DNA of 64,000 nt. Source: Phoronis australis. Lineage: Eukaryota; Animalia; Phoronida. The DNA is taken from positions 130,728-194,727 of the forward strand of contig NMRA01000425.1 of assembly GCA_002633005.1 (NCBI GenBank), in the 5' to 3' direction. Of the stretch, positions 1 through 9,648 are shown one piece after another. The position numbers were made by a program, and so were the translations under genes. The notes under the pieces were generated by a model that saw only the letters and a program-made list of their open reading frames with translations, did no database searches and was not told the DNA's origin. Position 1 is the first letter of the stretch. Each line of letters begins with the position of its first letter.

Positions 1-792
1 ACCGGAAGTTATCAGTAAACCGGAAGAAAGAATTGGAAATCGCGTGACTGCTGACGTCATCAGGGAAGTAAAGCTTGGCACTAAAATGATTTTGAATGCG
101 TTGTGTTTGTAGAGTTCAACTGATCGAGAGCGGAAACAAAATAGGGATTACTCTGCGTACTGAATACGAAGAAAATTTTGGTTTCTTATTTCGCATGCGT
201 CATCCTTGCATATTGTTTGCTCTCTCTCAACTCTCAACAGCAAATGTCGCGTAAATGACTTACTATACTATTTCGTTTAGATTAATTCCCAATGCGCGGT
301 TGCATGAAACATTCCGATATATGGACCCAACCAAGTGGCCTAATTTTTTAGTATTCGTGTCATTCTTTATGCACAGATGCAATTATTTTCTGTCATGCTA
401 GCTTCATGAGCTCATCGTTTGACATTTTTTGATAATATAACTTAAGATTCAAAGAAAATAAACAAGGACTTGGTCCTTAAATTAGAGGCGTTGCATGAGA
501 ATATCTCCACATATTTGCATTAATATTGATAATTTAACGTAGAGTTCACCCTTGATATGTCAAAAGTTGAAGTAGTACTGAAACTAAAACAGCATAAGAA
601 AGAATCATCAATCTTTTCCTAGTGCAGAAATCCGCAGTGGATTTATGGAACTTGGTTGTATTTCTGTTTGGGACTGTTTATGCAACCTGCAACAGGGCGT
701 TTCAAAAATCAGGAGCAACTATTTCACGAAAAAGACGACACTGTGCTTTCCCGCCAGAATCTCGCAGAGTGTCGCTGATATTGGCTTACACA

Positions 793-1805
793 CAGTGGCG
801 GATATAGGATATCACAAGGGGGGTGGGCAACATTTTGTCCGGCTGGAAGCATGAAGCATTTGCGCAAGCTGAACCACGATTGTAGATGCCCATAGCACCG
901 AATGGGGGGAGGTCGGGGGGGGGTTGCCCCCCTCCCGCCCAGGAACTTTTTCTGTTTTTACCTCTAAAAAATCAAGCATTTTCTTTGATTCCTGAAGAAT
1001 TATCCAAGAAAAAAGGCAAAAAAACACGGAGAACGTGTCAAACAGGAAAAAAATGCAGGTGTCAAACACTCGAACACACGACCTAGCGCGTTGAGCGCGC
1101 GTAAGTTACCACTACACCACCACGATTTACCTACAACTCCCATACTAAACGACTTACTTGTTTAGGGGCCACAGCGTTTGCGCGCGTAACCTACTTCTTT
1201 TTGTAATGCTTATTACACGTTTTATATTTTTGCCATCAATTCTTAACAAATTTGTCGTATTTGAAATAGTCTTCAAATGCCCAAAAGACCAAATCCATTT
1301 TTCGTGTTGGCAATAATGACGGGATTGCTTTGGAAACCGTCTTAAGATAAGGTTTGACAAAGAGAGTATTGCGAGTTTCTGAGTGATTCACTAAGGCTTC
1401 GATTAAAATTCACAGCTTACCAGCAGCTTCTGTTTTTTCATCGCCACTCAGGTTCCATTTTCTTTAAAAAATGAAGTAAATTTTCTTCATTGCACAGTGG
1501 AGCAGACGACAGAAACGGAGTCGTAGTGCACAGCGCCGCTGCCGGTCGCCTAGGATATCGCGGGAGATTCTATACTTAGCCATAGTTCCGTTACGAACGC
1601 GCCGTGTTCCGAATTTGACACTTGAAATTGGATTTGAGCCCCCTAAACACTAAAACTGCACACATTTAAATCTTTTTTCATCCGTATAATTTTGATTACC
1701 GGGGTTAATTAATAAACTCACCATTTCCCTACGCTCTTACTGTTTTATTTTTTGCGGCAGCCAAGGGGGGGGGGNNNNNNNNCCCCCCCCCTAAATCCGC
1801 CTATG
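793..1805. mobile_element. Non-autonomous DNA transposon (MITE-like) with CAGTGGCGGAT...ATCCGCCTATG ends, spans an N gap
   Basis: Left end CAGTGGCGGATATAGG (793) and right end CTAAATCCGCCTATG (1805) are imperfect inverted repeats of the same type as 27097..27409. Flanks are tacaca/gacaca. An 8-N gap at 1775..1782 means these could be two separate elements. Confidence 0.45.
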
Positions 1806-2151
1806 GACACAAAGGTAAGCGAATCGAGGACGTTCGCAATGACACTAGCACTTTTGAAAGTCACAGTTGCTCAAATTAAGGATTGGAAGTAAGTCTATAA
1901 AGGGGTAGACATTTAGAAATTTCGGGAAGGTGTTAATGTGAGCATGTGTGTTAACTTGAACGAACTACGATATGCAGTATATCAACGTTTTATGGCAATC
2001 TGAATTAGGCTTACCGAATGAATAGTTTACATAACGGCATTTCCCAAGTAGCAGAAAATTGTATTCTATCTGATTTGCCAATACCTTTTTTAATTACACA
2101 TTTTGATTGGTAGTCCTGCATTTTAAAAAGTAAGTCTATAAATTTTCTCAC

Positions 2152-2360
2152 CTGAAGTGTGGTGAATAAATTGAAACTTGTACGTGTTTTGCATTGGTGG
2201 CCATGTGAAGTTGCAAAAGCTGTTCTTTGGTGTGAGGAAATGCCAACAAAAACTCTTCTCCATGCTTTTCATTTGGCTGTGCCAAACAGAAACAGAATGA
2301 CACCGAAATCAGCAAGGTGAAACTTGGCCAGTTGTCAAACTCACTGAACTTGTTTGACAT
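2152..2360 (-). CDS. Probable first coding exon of a secreted protein with an IgGFc-binding-protein N-terminal-like start
   Basis: ATG at 2360. Hydrophobic signal-peptide-like stretch FTLLISVSFCFCLA, then HGEEFLLAF...LQLHMAT...VQVSIYSP, resembling the GxEFxxxF start of FCGBP-N-type domains. Ends at a good donor AG|gtgaga. Downstream exons not identified. Confidence 0.55.
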
Positions 2361-2893
2361 CTTGACTGAAGTATCACGTTTAAAGCACGAGACAAGCTGA
2401 ACAATCCTGTGGATCTAGGCACATAGTTTTATTTCACGTGCTGCACACATGTGATGTAACATTAATGTGTCATTAGTTTCACTTTCATTAACGACCTACT
2501 AACACTGCGGAGATCCTCGTTTTTTTTTTTTTTCGTAAAATCAAATTGATCCGGTGCACTCGGGTGTTTTCGTATCCCTGAATTATCTGCCGAAAATTGG
2601 GAAAAACTCTGCAATTCACATTGTTAACCATTCGTTGACGCCATGACCTTGTTTAATTTTTTATCCACGAGAAAATCTTTGTTTCTATTCCAATTATGCG
2701 TTTTCGTTAAATGCCCTAGGACAGGACGGCAGCAAGGGATTTTCTTGGACCAGTTTGTGATTTCGACGAAATCAGACAATCGTACTGTGGGCTGGTGCTT
2801 TTTGGGGTTCAGCAGGCGTGCTTAATCCATAAGGCACGACACTTATCACCTATCGCGACTCTTGGGGACCTAATCAGGACGTAGAAATGACCT

Positions 2894-3046
2894 GGCGTGC
2901 GTTCAGTAGACGCTAGGACATACACTAGGTCCTAGCTAAAATCTAGTCAAGGTCACGTGTTTTCATTTGAAATACACGGCAATATCTCACTTAATCTCGC
3001 GAAGTCTTGCTTTTTAGCGAGGTCCTAGTGTTACTGAACGGGAGGC
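2894..3046. mobile_element. MITE (Harbinger/Tourist-like), same family as 22945..23081 and the 24345..24645 cluster
   Basis: TIR cgttcagtagacgctaggac / gtcctagtgttactgaacg; internal ctcgcgaagtcttgcttttt recurs in the other copies. Confidence 0.65.
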
Positions 3047-3049
3047 TGG

Positions 3050-3230
3050 AGGATCTGGCTATTTCTTCCAGGCAGGTTATGTGGCATGGGAAATCTCTAC
3101 CAGAAGCTGAGGAGTCGCTGCTTCCAAGTCACACTTGAAGCAGCTTAAGCATGTCATGTAGCCTAGCTGTGATGCCGGACTATGTCCAGCCAACCTGAAT
3201 CACCTGCCCAATAAAAAGCCTATCAAAACA
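3050..3230 (+). mobile_element. Decayed 3' end of a CR1/L2-like LINE
   Basis: Frameshifted translation YFF...W.SLPEA...KSHLK resembles the FFxxRxxxxWNSLP C-terminus of CR1/L2 ORF2; followed by AATAAA. Confidence 0.35.
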
Positions 3231-3774
3231 TATGAGCCACTTAGAACCCTTTGGTTCAATAGGGCTTGGAAATGTTTGCTTTTTCCTTTGCACGTGGAGC
3301 ACCTAATCTATGCATCTGCAGTTTGATTACCCACTAGTTTAAAGACGCTACTGAAATTTTTAGCGACATTTCAAACTTGGAAGTTTATGAATTGCTATAT
3401 TAGTTACAGGTTGTGTGGACTAAAAGACCATTCCACATATTTTCTTATAGCATTTTCACAATGTGTCGTCAACTGAGACTCGATGTCACTGGCGACATTA
3501 CATCATTCGTCGCGGATGCCTATTTCACTTACATGGTCCGTAATCAAAGCACAAAGACACGTCGCGCAATATTCCGGTTTGCCTGGTGCAAAGCTGTATA
3601 GTTGTGCAGCTTTGAACAGAAGGTGGCTAAAAAGTGAGTGAACTAAAAGATGACATAGAATTATTGCCATTAAAACTACATTTTTCTTTGAGTAAATTAG
3701 TGGTTGCCCAACTCGTGATTTCTTTACTCTGTTGTTAAATACCTCGAGCGATCACATGTGTCCGTTAATTAGTA

Positions 3775-4130
3775 CTAGTAGTAGCAGCAGTATGATTTTA
3801 TTTATAGTCGGATCAAGATACAAAATATAAAATGTCAACACTCTTATTAGTTCTAGACTTGATACAGATTACTTAAACTATTTACAAACATTTACAAAAC
3901 TTTACAAATATCATTCAGTGGACTATTTGGTAGCCTGTCAACACACGAGTATATATTACACAAAAGCAGTAAATTGAGCAGTTCTGGTAGAGTTCTGCAA
4001 ATATCGCAGGTATTACGTTCACAAATTATTGTGACATAAATTGAGACAGCATGAGAGAACGCCTTTAATCCACAAATATTACTTAGGGAGCTCAAATTGT
4101 TCCCCTACCGAGGAATAAAACTGGGCCACA
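3775..4130 (-). mobile_element. Decayed LINE 3' end (RTE-X/L2-like)
   Basis: Minus strand gives a degenerate C-terminal-like peptide (..ICRTLPELLNL..LNDICK), then AATAAA and a (TAC/TGC)n tail at 3775..3802. Confidence 0.35.
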
Positions 4131-4397
4131 GTTTCACTCCCTCATAGTCGAAGGATACTGTGACATGCACTGTGATGTGGAGTGAGCATTCTGCTACTGT
4201 ATTCCGTTTTATTCTGCTTGGCTTTTGTATCTGAGAATGATATCTGCCTAATATCGAAATGTCATTTTCATGCTGCCCCATTTTTTGTTTTCAGCTTCTT
4301 GATTCAAAAGAATTGCCAAAGCCGTATGAACTAAGACTTTTGACATGTCTGAAGACTTGTACATATAGGTATTTACTCAGTATACGTCGGCAGTAGT

Positions 4398-4724
4398 GCC
4401 TCTCTGGTGCCGAGTTCGTCAAAAACTATTCGAAATTGATTATTAGGTAACATCTTACTGCATTTCTCGTAATGTCTCATTGTGTGCGGATTGCATCTGT
4501 ACAGTAGCTCCCCGCGTGACATCGTTAAAAGAATAAACGGTAGAAAATATAAGTCTAATACAATTTTAAAACAATTTTTCTATCGTTTGTTCTTTTAACG
4601 ATGTCGCTCGGGGAGCTACTGCGATCCACGCACAAGGAGTCTTTTTAGACAATACGAGAAATGCAGAAAGAAGTTATCTAACTATCAATGTTGAATCGCT
4701 TTTGGCGAAGTCCGCATCAGAGGC
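4398..4724. repeat. Long imperfect palindrome (foldback MITE), about 325 bp
   Basis: Arms such as cagtagctcccgcgtgacatcgttaaaagaataaacg and cgtttgttcttttaacgatgtcgctcggggagctactg pair, and pairing continues to gcctct...agaggc at the ends. Confidence 0.8.
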
Positions 4725-5173
4725 TTTTACATCTAACATTCACAAGTTGTACACATTTGGCCAGGTTTAGTAACAAAACAGTTGAGGGATAGTGATTATA
4801 TACAAAGCGCAGTACACGGCACTTCACCATCTCAATAAGTATGCCATCTGGAATTCCACAATTAAAATAAGCCTTGGAGATTCATCTAGAAGATGACGGA
4901 GACGGAAGAGCAAACAAACCTGCCTAGAGACTTTTTACAAAGGTGTTAAACATATTCGCTAAAGTTTATCCTTTCATGTCAAAAGACACAAAAATGTTGA
5001 CAGGTATCGAACATGTTCTTGCAGTATTGTTTACGAAGATATATTTTTCAGCGTTATTATTAGTTGATCTGGAGAATACCCTAAAATTTATTTGTATTTG
5101 GCTCTATGAGATCAATATTGAACATTTTTTAACAGCCAAGCCATTAGCGTCGTTTAGCTTACTTCGAATTATA

Positions 5174-5244
5174 TATGGGCGGCACAGCATTGAAACAAGT
5201 GGGGCTAAGCCCCCCCCCCAGCCCCCTCTGGAGAGCCGCTCATG
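5174..5244 (+). mobile_element. CATGGGCGGCGCA-family MITE, monomer, 5-bp TSD TTATA
   Basis: tatgggcggcacagc...gccgctcatg flanked on both sides by ttata. Confidence 0.75.
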
Positions 5245-5258
5245 TTATATTGATATTA

Positions 5259-5537
5259 GGGGTCCGTTTCTTGAAAAGTGGCTTAAGACTTAAGTCAGAA
5301 ATTTAGTCTTACGATCCACAAAACTGTATCAGAAAAATATTTAAATTTCACTTGAGCAAAAATGCAAAGTCTCTGAGAATATAAATATAACTGCTGACAC
5401 AATTTCTATAAAACATTTCTAGGCTGTGATTCACTCATCATTACTTAGTTTAACCATTATTCAGGAAATGTGAAGAGGGGGCCTATGACCAAGTTTCCGT
5501 CTTAAGTCTCGAGTCACGTTTCATGAAACAGGACCCC
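5259..5537. mobile_element. Harbinger/Tourist-like MITE
   Basis: TIR ggggtccgtttcttgaaaagtggcttaagacttaag / cttaagtctcgagtcacgtttcatgaaacaggacccc; related decayed copy at about 26377..26638. Confidence 0.7.
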
Positions 5538-6460
5538 AAGTATTGTCACTTCCACATATATAGCAGTTATACACTTTACGATGATGTAAAAATATATGAA
5601 AATATGTAAAACAAGGTTACTTAAAGCTAATGTGAACAAAGTATGTATCACTTGAAGGCCTGGGTTACATTTTTGTATAAATTTCGTTGCGAGACATGCC
5701 CAAATCGAGTTTCAGCGTTCTGAAAATATGAGTTTTGTCAATTTCACAAGTTTTTTCATCCATAGATTCTTGGTATTGGTTGGTAGATTCCTCGTTGTGT
5801 TTAGACGTTTACTGAGCTGAGATGCTGACTGACTGGCTATAGTTCACTAGACGCAAGACACCGCCCAGGAGGCTGAGACTACACCAGACAGTGACTTTCG
5901 GCACAAGGCTGGTTCAATTAAAAACAAACAACCCAATACTTCTCGCACACTGCTGAATATTGAGCACGTGTCCCATTCCATTGAGACGAATAGGCGTAAA
6001 TCGGCTCCCAATGGTCTCCTCAAGAGAATGTGTCTCGATCTTTTGTGTGGAGAATTGCAGCCATGGGAGTGAACAGAATTTTCGACTCCGGGCCATAAAG
6101 TAAAATATACCCGAGAAACCACTGCAAAGCGCTAAGGTCACGAGATCTGTGTGCAATGACTAGGTTACCCATCGTGTCATTAAACCCTTATTTATTTTCG
6201 GAGATAAAAATTGTGGAGTCGTCGCACGGTTACAGGTTTGTTAATTTCCAAAGTTTTCGCAGCATGAGCTTAGTCATGTAAGGATACGGTAAGATGATGC
6301 AGCCTGACGCCTGTCACGCAGCTTGTCGATCTATGAAAACGGAGCACCATCTCCCGAATTGCTTCATTTCATGTTTCGAAGAATCTCTTGACCCTACCCT
6401 CACACTCGCCAGACCGGAATTCACCCGATTAATTTTGTGGGGATTCTTGAATAAAATATA

Positions 6461-6612
6461 TATAGATTATTACATGGCGAAGTCATTATCCCTCGTGGAT
6501 TTTGCAGAATTATCACCCTCGGGGCTGACGCCCCTCGGGCGATAATTCTCCAAAATCCACTCGGGCTCTAGATAAGGGGGATAACGACTGAGAACATGTA
6601 ATAATCTATTTA
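6461..6612. repeat. Foldback palindrome / MITE
   Basis: tatagattattacatg...gtggattttgcagaattatcaccctcggggc-tgac-gcccctcgggcgataattctccaaaatccac...catgtaataatctattta. Confidence 0.8.
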
Positions 6613-7153
6613 TACCACATACTAAACGAGAAACATGGCAATGAATCTATCTACCTTTCTCGACTCGCCTCGGCATTGTAACTACTTTCTATGTCAGAGG
6701 ACCGGGGTCGGAGGTCGTGACCTTTTAAGAAAAGCCGAGCTATTTTTGTCAAATAATGCTTATACTCAAAACCAATTAGAAATTTAAACAAAATAGAAAT
6801 GAAGTGAATCTCTAAATTTAGGTTAAGCAACTACTATAGCTTAAAACACGTTTTTTACACGCTAAGCTTCGACCGGGAAATTATCGTCTGCTGAAGTAGG
6901 TTACCACTGGTAACTGAATATAATTCTCAAGACAAAGATCCTGACGACACGATACCCGCATTCAAACTGGAGATCGGTGATTTACAAGTAAGAGGACATG
7001 AGAGAAAAATTTCACTGAATTAAGATATCATTTTTATGGAAATTATGTGTCTTATTTTTCGTAACGTATAAGTACAGTACAATGCGGTTTGTTGAACGTG
7101 CGATTATTGCGCGTGCTCATTTAAGTATTCTATTTTCACCCTTGATGACGTCA

Positions 7154-7225
7154 GTCGCTGCGTGGTGTAGTGGTTAAGTCGGCGACCTCCAAACTCTAGG
7201 GTCCCGGGTTCGACTCCGTACTCGG
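7154..7225 (+). mobile_element. tRNA-like Pol III cassette (SINE head or tRNA pseudogene) inside a degenerate TIR element 6610..7316
   Basis: A-box TGGTGTAGTGG and B-box GGTTCGACTCC at tRNA spacing; acceptor stem does not pair well, so not called a tRNA gene. Confidence 0.6.
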
Positions 7226-7711
7226 TTTCCCGCCAAATCGTTATCTCACTAGTGAGATAACTTTATGGGTTATTACACGGTTTTATCTGCCATTTGACGC
7301 TAATATTGTGGTATAATTTACTTTACCACATACAGTATAGCAATCGTAGAGAGATTGTAAGAATGCTAGCTAATGTGTTCCGTAATCTTATGACTGACAT
7401 AGCGAAAAGGACAAATGTGCGTCTAAGTGAAGGCTGTAGTTTCCAAACTGTAATAGTACAAAAGCCCCACATGTTGATGTTGTTGTCAGAGTAAGCGTCA
7501 AAATACATCATATCTTTTGAGTTATCCTCATTAGAATCTGTGTTGTAATTTTGAGGCACCGTATATTATGAGCCGATGACGTGAAATAGTGGTGACTTGA
7601 TGACTTGTCATCACTATATTGCCACCACAACGTAATCAATTTTCATTGTGAAGCTACCAAACAAACACGGACGGTGGAATGAAGGTTGGGCCTCACATCA
7701 TTTTACTGTAT

Positions 7712-9648
7712 TTATAAAGACGTTTCCTCTGAGGAAGAGTTTCTCCTATGCCTTCGAAACCCAATGCGTTTATTGATATTACGCATTGACCCCTTAGTAA
7801 TTCTGTGATTATCATCTCCTTCCCCTAGTGTCTCCTGCTCAATCAAATTGTGATGATTAGGCTTGCGGATGGTTTGTCTAATCTTACGAAAAATCTCATT
7901 TCCCCCAACACGAACTCTCGGTCCAAGTTCTTCCTCGGATCCTTCGTTGTCAACGTCGATAATAGTTTCCCGTTTGCTTTCTTCACTAACTTTCAGCGTT
8001 TGTCTTAACATAGTTAGTCTTCTCTGGAAATTCCTACTCAACTTGCCCCCTACGTATCTTCTAATTCTTCCAAGTTGGTCACTTGCTTGCGTTGGCATGT
8101 CACTATAACCGTATTCGGGTCCCGGTCTCTTTTCGGAGCCTGAAATCTGTTGGAGACTTTTTGTAATTTGGATAGCAAGCTCTATGTCATCTTTTGGGTT
8201 TACAGAATTCTTCCTAAAAGGATGGGATAGCTCCGTCATAGACACCAAGTGAAGGAGAGTGCCCCAACGGTGAATAAACATCGCAATCACTTGGATCAAA
8301 AGAATGGACGCGAAGAATACTAAGAAAACAAAACCGAGAGGTTGAATTTTCTCAACTTTACCATCCAGCCTAGGGAGTGGTACAAACAGCACGTCACGCA
8401 GTTCGTCCTGTAAAAGCTCCAGCTGCAAAACGAGTACAAGCCACAAAAGATTAAGCATAAAGTAACCAAATATGACGCCATTTCTAAGTTCTTTGAGGTC
8501 ACCGGCAATCTTATGCCGTTCGTCCTTGTCTTCATTCAAAGGGTGTAGATACTTTCGGATCATTTGCTTCCAAAACAACATTTCTTTCTTTTCCAAGCGC
8601 GTAATGCTGCCGCCATAGAGACTGCTGTCCTTCATCCAGGCTGGATTAAGGAGACTGTCTCGCTTGACTGGTCGCTGTACTCTTTCCACCTCTGGTTTTG
8701 AGGAAGGAATTTGCCGAGACATGTCATCAGACTCTATAGTAACTTTTTTCTGAGAATTGATCACGGCATCGTGTATTTCTTGGAGCATTTCATCCCGATC
8801 ATGCCGCTGATCTCGTGCTCCAGTTGCAGAGATGGCTAATTTTTTTAGTTCTTCGAGAAAATTGTGAATACCCAGCCAGGAGAGGATGCCCCTGTTCTTT
8901 TTCTTTTCTTTCGCTTCCTCTGCTTTTTTCGCTTCGGCTTCTAGTTCTTCTTTTGTTTTCTTCTTTGGAATCTCGCGGGTTCCCCAGGAAACATTGTTAA
9001 GGTTGCACAACGAATAAATCATTAGCAGTATATAGCCAGAGGGAATGCAAAGAAAGTACAGGAATCCCGGGAAAAGACATGAGAACTCTTGAGGATGCAT
9101 CAGGGCGCTAAGGGTGAAAAATCCTACGAGACCAAGTAAAAAGCCGACAGTGGGACTGAGAATAGACTGAGAAGCTCCAACAACTACAGTACCAACTAGT
9201 ACAACAACCATGACAACTGAGTAAACGACGCTCATTGCTTCAGCAATATCAAGTTGCGTTTTTGAGTTACATACGAGGCACACAATCAGAAAAAAGACTG
9301 GAGGTCCGACTGATAGAGCGTACGAAGTCCAAATATCCATGCCCATGACGGACCTGAAAGCACCCGCAATCATCATCATTACCGTAGCCGGACCTAGAAT
9401 ACTCGAAACCAGGAGCAGAAACTGGTACATTACGTATATGAGACTAATGTTGTCGTTTACGCTCACGGTGTTTTTATAGTCAGAAAGCAAATCAATAACG
9501 TTGGCCATTGTTGACGGACCCCATCGGCGTCTCTGATTGAAGAACTCCCGGAACTGCTCTGGGGCGTAGGTCAAAGCGTCTGATGCCGCGCAGTACTCTA
9601 CACGGTATCCTTGTTGCAGAAGAAGCGTGCACAGCCAGCGATCCTCAC
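7712..9648 (-). CDS. CHS: Chitin synthase last exon
   Basis: Acceptor ttttcag|GT; EDRWLCTLLLQQGYRVEYCAASDA, QRRRW, TM helices, SWGTRE, stop at 7712. Confidence 0.97.

Noticed and set aside
1154-1378. Further exon of the 2152..2360 gene
   Set aside because: Would need a ~42-nt intron, hits a stop, and lies within a repeat-like element.
5847-6156. Open frames on both strands
   Set aside because: No recognisable motif or convincing splice pair; follows a TTAA-started repeat-like segment at about 5621.
7154-7225. Functional tRNA genes here and at 11069, 32610, 42870
   Set aside because: A/B boxes are present but acceptor and anticodon stems do not form a clean cloverleaf; contexts are repeat-like.
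7863-9000. Short ORFs overlapping the chitin synthase last exon
   Set aside because: Antisense or alternate-frame shadows of a conserved CDS.
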